Shown here: piece after piece, positions 8,944 through 19,473 of the stretch
How the letters are laid out: each line of letters starts with the position of its first letter
Position numbering within the stretch: position 1 is the first letter of the stretch
Assembly (NCBI GenBank): GCA_945946665.1
Contig: CAMEWO010000010.1
Location: 1,781 to 65,780, forward strand
DNA length: 64,000 nt
From: an uncultured Eubacterium sp.
GTDB taxonomy: Bacteria; Bacillota; Clostridia; Lachnospirales; Lachnospiraceae
Direction of reading: 5' to 3'
Notes under the pieces: model-generated
What the model saw: the letters and a program-made list of their open reading frames with translations, nothing else
What the model was told of the DNA's origin: nothing
Database searches by the model: none
Translations under genes and position numbers: made by a program

Positions 8944-9552
8944 TCAGTTGTCAAGGCTTAAGAGAATGGAATCCAGTTTGGATATAATTGGTTTTTTGGT
9001 CAGGGAATCAAGAGATTCTGCCACACTTATCAGATTCTGGATTTTATCTTTATTGCCGTTAGAAGCATAGTATTCGGCTAGCATGGTATAATTCTGGGTT
9101 ATGTCGGTGCGGCAGCTGATGCCGAATTCAAGGTAGGCGGCAGCCTCATCTGTTAAACCTGCTTTATTTAATTCGGTAGCAAGGGGAATGATGGATTTTA
9201 ACATCTGGGTGCAGTTATCATCATATTCTGATAATGCATCAAGATTTGCAGCGCCGTAGGCTGTTTTCAGGTCGGTATTGCTTTTTCCTGTAAGATTAAG
9301 CATTTTTTTGCCTTTGAATGCGTAGAAATTATTAAGGGCTTTTATAACGGCATCATTACAGTCAGACATAGGAAGACTATCAGGGATTGTAATGTAGCTT
9401 AAGCCGGATATATCTTTCCTGCGGACGGTATTTGCCTCTCTTTCCCTTTTCCAGAAGTCTTTGTTCAGTTCTTCGTGCTTTTTTGAATTTTTCCTAAGAA
9501 AGAATTGAAAGATTGCAAGTAATATTATAAAATATGGCAATACGAGTTTCAT
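8944..9552 (-). CDS. Hypothetical protein with N-terminal membrane anchor and TPR-like helical tail
   Basis: 202-aa ORF, hydrophobic N-terminus, RBS-like aggag upstream. Confidence 0.7.
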   Translation of the reverse strand: MKLVLPYFIILLAIFQFFLRKNSKKHEELNKDFWKREREANTVRRKDISGLSYITIPDSLPMSDCNDAVIKALNNFYAFKGKKMLNLTGKSNTDLKTAYGAANLDALSEYDDNCTQMLKSIIPLATELNKAGLTDEAAAYLEFGISCRTDITQNYTMLAEYYASNGNKDKIQNLISVAESLDSLTKKPIISKLDSILLSLDN

Positions 9553-9839
9553 GAAAATCTCCTAAATTATTGTTATATTTGTTATATGTTATATTTGTTT
9601 TATATTATTTTTGGCTGCAGGGCAGCAGAAAGGCTTGTTTATGATTAATTTTAACAGCAAAAAGAATAAAAAGATACTTCTTTCACTGGTTATTGTACTG
9701 GTTCTGGCAATGATTGTTCCTATGGTAGTATCGGCAGTCAGTGCATTTATGTAATGTAATATACTCTAAAAATGGAAGTTATGCAAATATATATGGCTTT
9801 GCCAGAAATGGAATTAAGTCATGGGTAAACCATTAGGGA

Positions 9840-10832
9840 ATGAGGACTAGGATGAAGGTTGGTAAGATTTCTAATACGATTCTGAACAGGTCGGTTTTTA
9901 AGAATATTAACTGTAAAAATGTGTGTAAAGAGAGCAGACTTAAGGCCGGACTGGGTGCATCGGTTTTTAAGAAAGATGCATTTCAGGGTGGAAACAGAAT
10001 TGTTATGGTGACTGAGAGCGGGATAGAACCGGTAATCAGAGCATATAATGCGGTGTGGGCCAAGGGGGCGGTTCCTAAGGCTGTCCAGGTAAGCGTCATC
10101 TTACCGGAGAAGGCAAGAGAGATACGGCTAAAGGAGATTACTGCGGATATTTCAGCGGATTGCAGCAGACTGGGGATTGATTATGCAGGAGGACATACAC
10201 AGGTTAGTGAGAGTGTCCAGGCCCCGGTTATTACAGCTACATGTATCGGCGAACAGTTGGATGGAGAGATTAGTGCATTTACGGGGAAAGATGTGAAGCC
10301 GGGAGATGTGATAGCTGTTACCAAATGGATTGGAATTGGAGGAATCCAGAAGATTATTGAACTTTCTGTTGATAAAATCAGGGAGAGATACACACAGGCA
10401 GTTATTGACAGAGCTTATGGGAAAAGGGAATTCTTATCAATAAAGGATGAAGCAGAGCTGGTATCAAAGGCAGGAGTGTCTTATATGATGCCGTTGTCTA
10501 CTGGAGGAATATATGGGGGATTATGGAATCTTTCGGAGGTAACAGGCTTAGGAATTGATGTGGATTTTAATAAAATACCTGTGTGTCAGGAGATTATTGA
10601 AGTCTGTGAAATGTTCGATATCAATCCATATGAATTAGAATCTAGTGGATGTTTGTTAATGACATTCGGAAAAGAATATGATATAGTTAGAATACTAGAG
10701 GATAATGATATACCTGTGAACATTATAGGCTGCATGCAGGAGGGAAACGATAAGGTTATCTGTAATATGGATGAGATTCGTTTCCTGGATATGCCGAAAT
10801 GTGATGAGGTTTATAAGATAATTAATTCGTAG
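9840..10832 (+). CDS. AIR-synthase-related / HypE-like protein (PurM fold)
   Basis: GGHTQV, PGDVIAVTKWIG, GGIYGGLW; start may be 9852. Confidence 0.7.
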   Translation: MRTRMKVGKISNTILNRSVFKNINCKNVCKESRLKAGLGASVFKKDAFQGGNRIVMVTESGIEPVIRAYNAVWAKGAVPKAVQVSVILPEKAREIRLKEITADISADCSRLGIDYAGGHTQVSESVQAPVITATCIGEQLDGEISAFTGKDVKPGDVIAVTKWIGIGGIQKIIELSVDKIRERYTQAVIDRAYGKREFLSIKDEAELVSKAGVSYMMPLSTGGIYGGLWNLSEVTGLGIDVDFNKIPVCQEIIEVCEMFDINPYELESSGCLLMTFGKEYDIVRILEDNDIPVNIIGCMQEGNDKVICNMDEIRFLDMPKCDEVYKIINS

Positions 10833-10859
10833 CCAATGCGGGAAAATGAGGTTAATTTG

Positions 10860-11342
10860 ATGGAAGAGAAGATTTTACGCCTTATGGAGAAGAATAGCAG
10901 AATCAGCGTGAAGGATCTGGCGGTTATGCTGGGAATATCTGAGATTGATGCTGCTAATACAATAGCTGATCTTGAGAAGAAGAATGTTATATGTGGATAT
11001 AACACCATTATTGACTGGGATAAGACAAGTGAGGAGAAGGTTACAGCCCTTATTGAGGTAAAGGTTACACCTCAGAGAGGTCTGGGCTTTGACAGTATTG
11101 CGGAGAGATTATACCAGTATGAAGAGGTTACATCTGTTTACCTTATGTCAGGTGGCTTTGATTTTACAGTTATCGTGGAAGGAAAGAGCATGAAGGCGGT
11201 GGCCCAGTTTGTTTCTAATAAACTGGCACCATTGGAATCAGTACTTAGTACTTCTACACATTTTGTCCTTAAGAAATATAAGGATTATGGAACAGTGCTG
11301 GATGCCCCTGAGAAAGATGAAAGGATGTTAATAACACCATGA
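10860..11342 (+). CDS. Lrp/AsnC family transcriptional regulator
   Basis: N-terminal HTH (NSRISVKDLAVMLG), C-terminal YLMSGGFD. Confidence 0.9.
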   Translation: MEEKILRLMEKNSRISVKDLAVMLGISEIDAANTIADLEKKNVICGYNTIIDWDKTSEEKVTALIEVKVTPQRGLGFDSIAERLYQYEEVTSVYLMSGGFDFTVIVEGKSMKAVAQFVSNKLAPLESVLSTSTHFVLKKYKDYGTVLDAPEKDERMLITP

Positions 11343-12496
11343 GAAATGCCATTTCCAAGAAAATAGAAGGAATTCAGCCTTCAGGTATCAGAAAGTTCTT
11401 TGATGTGGTCAGCGAAATGCCGGATGCCATATCTTTAGGTGTTGGTGAGCCGGATTTTGACACTCCATACAGTGTAAGAGAAGAGGGAATATATGCTCTG
11501 GAAAAGGGAAGAACATTTTACACCTCCAACGCCGGATTAAAGGAACTCAGAGAAGAGATATCCAGATATCTTAAGAGAAAGTATTCTCTTGATTATGATG
11601 CTGATAACGAGATTATGGTTACTGTTGGTGGAAGTGAGGCTATTGATGTAGCTTTAAGATGTATGGTTGACCCGGGAGATGAGGTACTTATACCTACACC
11701 ATGCTATGTTTCATACCTTCCATGTTCAATTATGGCTGATGCAGTGCCTAAGGTTATTGAACTTAAGGCTGAGAATCAGTTTAAGCTTACCAGGCAGGAG
11801 CTGCTTGACAGTATTACTGATAAGACTAAGATTCTTATCCTGGCATTTCCTAATAACCCTACAGGTGCCATTATGACTAAGGAAGAGCTGGAGGAACTGG
11901 TTCCTGTAATTATCGAACATGATTTATTTGTTATATCTGATGAGATATACTCAGAACTCACATATGACAACAAGCATTGCTCTATTGCATCCCTGCCTGG
12001 AATGAAGGAGAGAACTGTTACAATTAACGGATTCTCCAAGGCATTTGCCATGACAGGATGGAGGCTTGGGTATGCCTGTGCTCCTAAGGAGATTATGAAG
12101 CAGATGATTAAGCTTCACCAGTTTGCAATTATGTGTGCTCCTACTAACAGCCAGTTTGCTGCTATTGAGGCGTTGAAAAACTGTGATGATGATGTCGACA
12201 GAATGGTGGAGGCTTATAACCAGAGAAGAAGGTTCCTGCTTAATTCCTTTAAGGAGATGGGGATTGACTGTTTTGAGCCCTTTGGCGCATTCTATGTGTT
12301 TCCATCTATTGCCAAGTTTGGTATGACATCGGAGGAGTTTGCCAACAGACTGCTTAGGGAGCAGAAGCTGGCAGTAGTTCCAGGTACTGCATTTGGTGAA
12401 TGTGGAGAAGGATTTGTAAGAATTTCTTATGCTTATTCTATTGAGAATCTTAAGCAGGGAATGGACAGAATCAGGAAATTTATAGAAAGCCTTTAA
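11339..12496 (+). CDS. Class I/II PLP-dependent aminotransferase
   Basis: SLGVGEPDF, PNNPTG, SDEIY, GFSKAFAMTGWRLG. Confidence 0.93.
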   Translation: MRNAISKKIEGIQPSGIRKFFDVVSEMPDAISLGVGEPDFDTPYSVREEGIYALEKGRTFYTSNAGLKELREEISRYLKRKYSLDYDADNEIMVTVGGSEAIDVALRCMVDPGDEVLIPTPCYVSYLPCSIMADAVPKVIELKAENQFKLTRQELLDSITDKTKILILAFPNNPTGAIMTKEELEELVPVIIEHDLFVISDEIYSELTYDNKHCSIASLPGMKERTVTINGFSKAFAMTGWRLGYACAPKEIMKQMIKLHQFAIMCAPTNSQFAAIEALKNCDDDVDRMVEAYNQRRRFLLNSFKEMGIDCFEPFGAFYVFPSIAKFGMTSEEFANRLLREQKLAVVPGTAFGECGEGFVRISYAYSIENLKQGMDRIRKFIESL

Positions 12497-12538
12497 GGTA
12501 AGTAATTAATTTAAATAACAGGTAGGAGGAAGGATAGA

Positions 12539-13006
12539 ATGTCTATTAATGTTGAATATATCAATCCATTTTTAATGGCAGCTACTAATATTATCAAGGA
12601 TATATGCCAGATTGATATGCAGGTTGGAAAGCCATACGTAAAACAGACAGCATTTGCGGATGATTCTGTTATCATTATGATTGGTATAACAGGAGAGATG
12701 AGAGGGTCAGTTATTATTGCGCTTACATATAATAAAGCTCTTGAGATTGCGTCTAAGATGATGATGGGTATGCCTGTAACTGAGCTGGATGAGATGGCTA
12801 CAAGCGCCATTAGTGAGCTGGGCAACATGATTATGGGTAATGCTGCAACAATTCTCTCTACAAAGGGTGTGGGAATTGATATTACACCACCAACACTTTG
12901 CAGGGGAAATCTTACAATTACCCAGTCATATACGAAGAATATCTGTATACCTCTCAGTGGAGATGATATTACAATTGAGCTGGATGTAGCAGTAAAGGAC
13001 GCCTAA
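12539..13006 (+). CDS. cheX: Chemotaxis phosphatase CheX
   Basis: YINPF, IGITG, SAISELGNMIMG, DITPP. Confidence 0.9.
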   Translation: MSINVEYINPFLMAATNIIKDICQIDMQVGKPYVKQTAFADDSVIIMIGITGEMRGSVIIALTYNKALEIASKMMMGMPVTELDEMATSAISELGNMIMGNAATILSTKGVGIDITPPTLCRGNLTITQSYTKNICIPLSGDDITIELDVAVKDA

Positions 13007-13008
13007 GC

Positions 13009-13506
13009 ATGATTAATATTGTATTGCATGAACCTGAGATGCCGGCAAATACTGGAAATATTGGAAGGACGTGTGTGGCAGCAGGCGTCAGGCTTCATCT
13101 GATTGGACCATTAGGCTTCAGCCTCAATGAGAAAATGCTTAAAAGAGCCGGACTGGATTATTGGGATAAGCTGGACGTGACAGTTTATGATGACTATAGT
13201 GATTTCCTAGCAAAGAATCCAGGGGCGAAGATATATATGGCAACAACAAAGGCTCATAAGATTTACACAGAGGTAAATTATGAGCCAGACTGTTACATTA
13301 TGTTTGGAAAGGAAAGTGCAGGAATTCCAGAAGAAATCCTTGTAGACAATGAGGATACCTGTATAAGAATTCCTATGATTGGGGATATCAGATCCCTTAA
13401 CCTTTCCAACTCTGTTGCTATTGTGTTATATGAAGCTCTCCGTCAGGGAGATTTTGCGTCTATGAATCTTGAGGGACATCTTCATCGGATGCACTGGAAG
13501 TCTTAG
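13009..13506 (+). CDS. trmL: tRNA (cytidine34-2'-O)-methyltransferase (SPOUT)
   Basis: PEMPANTGNIGRTC, KRAGLDYW, FGKESAG, RSLNLSN. Confidence 0.93.
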   Translation: MINIVLHEPEMPANTGNIGRTCVAAGVRLHLIGPLGFSLNEKMLKRAGLDYWDKLDVTVYDDYSDFLAKNPGAKIYMATTKAHKIYTEVNYEPDCYIMFGKESAGIPEEILVDNEDTCIRIPMIGDIRSLNLSNSVAIVLYEALRQGDFASMNLEGHLHRMHWKS

Positions 13507-14950
13507 ACAGCTGTAGCGTGAATGTGAATTCTGTACCAACTCCTACTGTACTTACAACGTCTATATTTTCGTTGTGGGCCAGTAGGATTTCTTTTACTAT
13601 GGCAAGACCAAGGCCTGAGCCTTTCTTGTCCTTACCTCTTGAAGTGTCGGACTTGTAGAATCTGTCAAATATTTTTCCAAGACTTTCCTTCTCAATTCCA
13701 CAGCCGTTATCTCTTATGGATATAATTGCCTTCTCACCCTTGACACGCACTGTAACAAATATGCAGGAATTTTCCGGACTGAACTTGATAGCGTTATCTA
13801 TAAGGTTATATATAATCTGTCCTATTTTGCTCTTATCCCCATATACATAAAGGCTTTCGCCAGGGAAGGTAAGCTGGAACTGTATTTTCCTCTTCTTGCA
13901 TCTTCCCTCAAATGTTTCGATAGTATGGCGCATCAGTGCATTTACATCAAAATCGGTACATTCCAGACGGATTGACTTAGGATCAAGCTCATTCAGGGTA
14001 AGAATGTTGCTGGTCAGCTTTGTAAGCCTGTCTGTCTCAAATAATACAATGTCGATGTATCTTCCCTGCTGGTCTGGTGGAATAGTACCATCTGCAATGG
14101 CCTCCAGATAACCCTTGATAGATGTAAGAGGGGAACGGAAGTCATGGGAGATATTAGACAGGAAATCCTGCTGGTGCTGGTCCATCTCGTTTAGCTTGGT
14201 CGCCATGTAATCAAGGGAAACAGCCAGGTTACCAATCTCGTCATCAAATGCCGGCTGGATGTGGTAAGCAAAATTACCCTTTCCATATTCAAGAATAGCA
14301 GCATTAATATCCTTAATTGGCTTGTGTACCTGAATGTAGTAAAGGATAATGAAAAGAACATTAAGGATTACTACGAACAGGAGAGTATAATAGTTAGTGT
14401 TAAAGGTTGCTATAAATCTGTATGAGATAACAGTTTCCGGCATGTGGACAGCCACATATCCCTTTAAGGTGTATGCATCAGTAATAGGTGCGAACACCGA
14501 AATGGTTTTCTCCTTAAATATGGTGTGGAAGTCACCGCTCTGGTAATACTTGGAACCTAAGTCGTTCATGTTGAAATCATTGATTTCATACAGAACCCCT
14601 TCTGTGTCTGACAGGGATATGAACTCTTCGTTCTGAAGAAATTCTGCATTTTCATTATAGCCTGTATCAAGGATTACACCACCATCAGTGTTGATAAACA
14701 TAATGCGTGTGTTGTTAAGAGAAGACACAGTTTCAAGCTCAGATTCTATGGTTCTTAAATTCTCATTACTGAAATATTCAGGTGCGTATTTGTAGGAAAT
14801 GTTAACCGCCTGACGGTACATGTCCTCTGTCTGTTCTTCATATACACTTTTGTAGTCGATTCTGTAGCTTACAAATGTAACTGCAAGAAATCCAAGCACT
14901 GCAATACAGATGTATATGAATATAAATTTGGAAAGCAGATTCATTTTCAT
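13460..14950 (-). CDS. HAMP-domain sensor histidine kinase
   Basis: Two TM segments, SHDFRSPLT H-box, NAIKF, DNGCG, GSGLGL. Confidence 0.92.
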   Translation of the reverse strand: MKMNLLSKFIFIYICIAVLGFLAVTFVSYRIDYKSVYEEQTEDMYRQAVNISYKYAPEYFSNENLRTIESELETVSSLNNTRIMFINTDGGVILDTGYNENAEFLQNEEFISLSDTEGVLYEINDFNMNDLGSKYYQSGDFHTIFKEKTISVFAPITDAYTLKGYVAVHMPETVISYRFIATFNTNYYTLLFVVILNVLFIILYYIQVHKPIKDINAAILEYGKGNFAYHIQPAFDDEIGNLAVSLDYMATKLNEMDQHQQDFLSNISHDFRSPLTSIKGYLEAIADGTIPPDQQGRYIDIVLFETDRLTKLTSNILTLNELDPKSIRLECTDFDVNALMRHTIETFEGRCKKRKIQFQLTFPGESLYVYGDKSKIGQIIYNLIDNAIKFSPENSCIFVTVRVKGEKAIISIRDNGCGIEKESLGKIFDRFYKSDTSRGKDKKGSGLGLAIVKEILLAHNENIDVVSTVGVGTEFTFTLQLSKTSSASDEDVPQDS

Positions 14951-14967
14951 GGCAGATACTTCTTTCT

Positions 14968-15672
14968 TTATTTAGTAACGAACTTATATCCGATTCCCCA
15001 TACGGTATCTAAGGCCCAGTGAGGACTTTCTTTGATTTTTTCACGGATTCTCTTAATGTGGACATCAACAGTTCTTGTGTCACCAATATATTCGTAGCCC
15101 CAGATGTTATCCAGAAGCTGCTCACGGGTAAATACCTGGTTAGGAGAGGAAGCTAAGAAGAATAAAAGTTCCAGTTCCTTTGGAGGCATATCAAGAGCTT
15201 TTCCGAAACAGATAACAGAGTAGTTTGCCATATTAATAACAAGGTCTGGAAGTTCAATAATCTGGGAAGATTTTTCCTCCTTAACTGGTGCAGGAGCAGC
15301 ACTCTGTGAACGCCTTAAAACTGCCTTTACTCTTGCTACCAGTTCCTTTGTTTCAAATGGCTTGATAAGATAATCATCAGCTCCCAGCTCCAGTCCTAAT
15401 ACCTTGTCAAAGGTTTCGCCCTTGGCAGACAGCATGATAATAGGCGTATTGTGGGATTTCCTAACCTCACGGCATACCTGGTAACCATCGATTCCCGGAA
15501 GCATCAGGTCAAGAAGTATCAGGTCAGGTTTAAACTGTTCCACCTCTGTCAGTGCATCTTCACCGTTATAGACCATCTTTGTCTCGTAACACTCTTTGGT
15601 AAGGTACAGAGATATTAAGTCTGCAATATTCTCATCATCATCAACAATCAGTATCTTTTGCTTTGAAACCAT
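14968..15672 (-). CDS. OmpR-family response regulator
   Basis: ILIVDDD, LLDLMLP, GADDYLIKPF, VWGIGYKF. Confidence 0.95.
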   Translation of the reverse strand: MVSKQKILIVDDDENIADLISLYLTKECYETKMVYNGEDALTEVEQFKPDLILLDLMLPGIDGYQVCREVRKSHNTPIIMLSAKGETFDKVLGLELGADDYLIKPFETKELVARVKAVLRRSQSAAPAPVKEEKSSQIIELPDLVINMANYSVICFGKALDMPPKELELLFFLASSPNQVFTREQLLDNIWGYEYIGDTRTVDVHIKRIREKIKESPHWALDTVWGIGYKFVTK

Positions 15673-15684
15673 AACTTTCCTCCA

Positions 15685-18051
15685 TTATTTGAATTCTACT
15701 ATTGTCACGCCTGCGTCGCCCTCTCCTGCTTCCCCCAGACGGAAATTCTTAATATATGGGATACCTTTAAGATAGGCGGTAATTCCCGCTCTTAAGGCAC
15801 CAGTTCCTTTGCCGTGGACTATTCGTACCTGGCTTAGTTTAGATATATATGCATCGTCAAGATATTTATCAAGTCTTGCAACAGCTTCATCAACTGTACA
15901 GCCTAAAAGATTAATCTCAGGGGAGATGGATGCTGACTTGGACATCTTGATTCTGCCCTGACCTGTTGATGATTTACCTGGCTTTGATTCCTCTGGCTCT
16001 TTATAGTCTGTGATGATTTCCAGATTATTAATCTTAGCTTTAGTGGTAAGACTTCCCACAGCAACAGTGACTTCTCCCTTGGTATTTGGCGTGCCAACAA
16101 CAGTTCCTGTAAGATTCATGCTTAAGATTCTTACATATATTCCCTCTTTAAATTCACTGATGTCGGAAGCCTTGTGAGCTTTAGGAGGAGCTGCCTTAAC
16201 TGCCAGCTTTTCCTGATTCTTGTTGAGCTTATCTCTAACAGCGGTTCTCTGTTTTTCCAGTTCTTTAACTGACAATCCATGTTTGTTCATGGTTTTAATA
16301 GTTTCGTCAGCGTATTCTTTTGCCTCCTTAAGAATCTCAGCAGCTTCCTGATTTGCTTTTTTAATAATCTTATCAGTTCTTTCGTCAAGTCTTTGCTGCT
16401 TTGCTTTAAGTTCAGCCTTAAGATCAGTTATTTCCTTCTTATATCTGGCAATCTCTTCCTGCTCCTTCTGGATAGTAGCCCTACTGGTTTCAAGGTCGCT
16501 GATGATATCCTCAAAATGAATGTCTTCAGCATCCATGCGCCTGGTAGCATCATCAATAAGATATTCAGGAAGTCCAAGACGCTTCGATATGGCAAAAGCA
16601 TTACTCTTGCCGGGAACACCTATAAGAAGCCTGTATGTTGGCTTTAATGATGCAACATCGAATTCACAGCAGGCATTCTCCACACCAGGTGTAGTGAGGG
16701 CGTATAGCTTAATCTCACTGTAGTGAGTGGTTGCCATGGTTGCGATACCTCTCTGGTGAAGGTCATTAAGGATAGATATGGCAAGCGCCGCACCCTCTGT
16801 AGGGTCAGTACCTGCACCAATCTCATCAAAGAGTATAAGACTGTCACTGGTGGCATTCTTAAGTATGTGGATTGTATTAGTCATATGGGAAGAGAAGGTA
16901 CTGAGGCTCTGCTCAATGCTCTGCTCATCTCCGATATCTGCAAAAATATTATTAAATATACCAATTTGTGAATGGTCAAGTGCTGGAATGTAAAGTCCTG
17001 CCTGAGCCATTAATGTAAGAAGTCCCACTGTTTTAAGGGAAACAGTCTTACCACCTGTATTAGGACCTGTGATAATAAGGAGATTAAAGTCTTTACCCAG
17101 GTTAATGTCGATTGGTACAACCTTTTCGGGGTCAATTAATGGATGGCGGCCCTGCTTGATATTGGTATAATGTTCTGTATTCATGACAGGGGCAGTACAG
17201 TGCCAGTTTCTGGCAAGCTGTGCTTTGGCAAATATAAAATCCAGCTTTACAAGAACCTTGTAATCTGTTGCTATCTGTTCTGTATATTCAGCTGCCTGTG
17301 CACTTAAATCTGCCAGGATAGCCTGAATCTCTGCCTCTTCCTTTAATTCCAGCTCACGGATATCGTTATTGAGTTTGACAACAGCAGCTGGCTCAATAAA
17401 TATAGTTGAACCGGTAGCAGACTGGTCATGAACCATTCCGGGAACCTGGGACTTATATTCTGCTTTAACAGGAAGGCAGTATCTTCCCTGTCTTGAGGTT
17501 ATGACATAATCCTGAAGACAGTTGCGCAGTGACTGGTTATTCAATATCTTATTAAGCTCTGTGTGTATCCTGTCGTTGGCAAGCCTTATATTCCTGCGGA
17601 TATCCTTCAGGTTGGCACTGGCGTCATCACTTATCTCATCCTCAGATATAATACACTTCTTTATCTGGGCATACAGAGAAGGAACAGGATCAAGAGAGTC
17701 ATACAGTGGTGTAAGGGAATCTTCAGTCTCTTCGTAATGTGTTTTATGAGCTTTGGCAGCAGACAGAACACCACTTATCTGCAATAATTCATGGGCGTTA
17801 AGACAGCTTCCAACTTCAAGACGCTTAACGCTTCCCATTACATCGGATACACCTGAAAATGAGGCACATCCTTTTGCATACAGCCTTGAAAGAGCATCTC
17901 CTGTTTCTGTAAGACACGCATTAATCTTATCTATGTCAGTCATAGGAACCAGTTTGGCTGCTTTGTTCTTGGCGTCTCTGCTCACTGCAAAGGACTGGAG
18001 CTTGTCGATTATTTTGTTGTATTCAAGTGTAGTAAGAGATTTGCGGTTCAT
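15685..18051 (-). CDS. mutS2: MutS2 (ATPase plus Smr domain)
   Basis: TGPNTGGKT, DIGDEQSIEQSLSTFSSHM, HGKGTG Smr; RBS-supported start at 18051. Confidence 0.95.
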   Translation of the reverse strand: MNRKSLTTLEYNKIIDKLQSFAVSRDAKNKAAKLVPMTDIDKINACLTETGDALSRLYAKGCASFSGVSDVMGSVKRLEVGSCLNAHELLQISGVLSAAKAHKTHYEETEDSLTPLYDSLDPVPSLYAQIKKCIISEDEISDDASANLKDIRRNIRLANDRIHTELNKILNNQSLRNCLQDYVITSRQGRYCLPVKAEYKSQVPGMVHDQSATGSTIFIEPAAVVKLNNDIRELELKEEAEIQAILADLSAQAAEYTEQIATDYKVLVKLDFIFAKAQLARNWHCTAPVMNTEHYTNIKQGRHPLIDPEKVVPIDINLGKDFNLLIITGPNTGGKTVSLKTVGLLTLMAQAGLYIPALDHSQIGIFNNIFADIGDEQSIEQSLSTFSSHMTNTIHILKNATSDSLILFDEIGAGTDPTEGAALAISILNDLHQRGIATMATTHYSEIKLYALTTPGVENACCEFDVASLKPTYRLLIGVPGKSNAFAISKRLGLPEYLIDDATRRMDAEDIHFEDIISDLETSRATIQKEQEEIARYKKEITDLKAELKAKQQRLDERTDKIIKKANQEAAEILKEAKEYADETIKTMNKHGLSVKELEKQRTAVRDKLNKNQEKLAVKAAPPKAHKASDISEFKEGIYVRILSMNLTGTVVGTPNTKGEVTVAVGSLTTKAKINNLEIITDYKEPEESKPGKSSTGQGRIKMSKSASISPEINLLGCTVDEAVARLDKYLDDAYISKLSQVRIVHGKGTGALRAGITAYLKGIPYIKNFRLGEAGEGDAGVTIVEFK

Positions 18052-18252
18052 ATCCAATCCTTTCCATATTACATACAAAAACTTAACTCTATTCTAAACT
18101 ATAAACTGTAAAAATTCCAGCAAATAATGATATTAGAACATAAAGTATTCATAATAATGGTGTATTATGATATACTAAACAGGTATTGAAAAAAATATGC
18201 TGTTTATTGTAAAATTATATTCAGATTTATTTGAAAAGGGAATACATATTAT

Positions 18253-19443
18253 ATGAATAACGATAATATTGAAAATGAAGGGGAATTTTCTCTCTACACT
18301 GAGACTATAGTGCAGAGCCCCCTTGAAAAATACAAAAAGCAGATAGCTATATTGAGAGGCGTGGCTGCAGGTGCTGTTCTGTGCTTTGTGATATTTGCTG
18401 TGGCAATGCTGGTTCAGAAGCTGACAAAAAAAGAGGAAGTGGAAAACTATATTCCAAGAACTCCATTGACTCTGGAAAAGGACGAATACAGCATATATGG
18501 CAGGTCACCTTCCATGGAAACTGAAGAACCGGACATATCCAGAATACAGTACTGGATTAATGCTATTATCTACAATGTATCCCGTTCTATTCTGTACATT
18601 GGTGAAGATACTGTTGGAGTAGTAATCGGGGAATCTGATGGTGATTATGTGATTCTCACAGAGAACCACAGAGACTGGGCCGATGAGAATTATTATATCA
18701 GTATCAGTGATGAGGTAACTATTCCAGCTACAGTAATCAGAAAGGATGCTGACAGTGGCATTGCCCTTCTTGCTGTTAAGAAATCAGCAGTGACAGAGGC
18801 TGGAAAGACACCAGATGTTGTTAAGGCCGGCAATTCATATGGTGTTAAGCAGAATGATATAGTTATTGCACTGGGAAGAGTTCAGAGTAATGCCAAGGGA
18901 TATGCGGCAGGGTATGTGAAGGAAAACAATACCCTGGAAAATGATGTGGATATATCTTATGATATTCTGGAAACCAATATCGAACTGAAAGAAGATGACT
19001 ATGCCCTTATATTTGGAGTTAATGCTAATCTTATTGGCATATCCCATGTCACAAAGGTGGGGGATGAGATAAGGAAGAATGTTATAGGAATTTCCAGTGT
19101 GAAGACTCTTATTGAGGAAATGTCTTCCGGAATACCTGCTGGAAGCATGGGCATTAAGTGTACTAACATTACGAAGGATATATCAGAACAGTTTAATTTC
19201 CCTGAGGGAATATATGTGACTGAGGTTGAGGTTGACTCTCCTGCATACAAGGCTGGTTTACAGGCAGGAGACATTATATATGAGTATAATGGAGGCGCAG
19301 TAGGCGCAGTACAGGATTTTAGTGATATGATTCTTATGAGTGAAAAGGGAGATTCTGTGACAATTAAGCTTAAGAGAACCGGACGCGGCGGGGAATACAG
19401 GGAACTGGAATACACGGTGAAGATGGGATTAAGGCTGGATTGA
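18253..19443 (+). CDS. HtrA-like trypsin-fold/PDZ membrane protein, apparently lacking catalytic Asp and Ser
   Basis: TM helix, ILTENH, SGIALL, C-terminal PDZ (SPAYKAGLQAGD); no GNSGG. Confidence 0.75.
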   Translation: MNNDNIENEGEFSLYTETIVQSPLEKYKKQIAILRGVAAGAVLCFVIFAVAMLVQKLTKKEEVENYIPRTPLTLEKDEYSIYGRSPSMETEEPDISRIQYWINAIIYNVSRSILYIGEDTVGVVIGESDGDYVILTENHRDWADENYYISISDEVTIPATVIRKDADSGIALLAVKKSAVTEAGKTPDVVKAGNSYGVKQNDIVIALGRVQSNAKGYAAGYVKENNTLENDVDISYDILETNIELKEDDYALIFGVNANLIGISHVTKVGDEIRKNVIGISSVKTLIEEMSSGIPAGSMGIKCTNITKDISEQFNFPEGIYVTEVEVDSPAYKAGLQAGDIIYEYNGGAVGAVQDFSDMILMSEKGDSVTIKLKRTGRGGEYRELEYTVKMGLRLD

Positions 19444-19473
19444 TACGGGATTAATTAAAGGAAGGTATTAAGG

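Noticed and set aside
9571-9605. TGTTATAT repeated 3-4 times in a divergent promoter region
   Set aside because: Low-complexity AT-rich sequence; cannot be distinguished from chance without comparative data.
13460-13506. 47-bp overlap of the convergent trmL and kinase 3' ends
   Set aside because: Short convergent overlaps are common; both proteins look complete.
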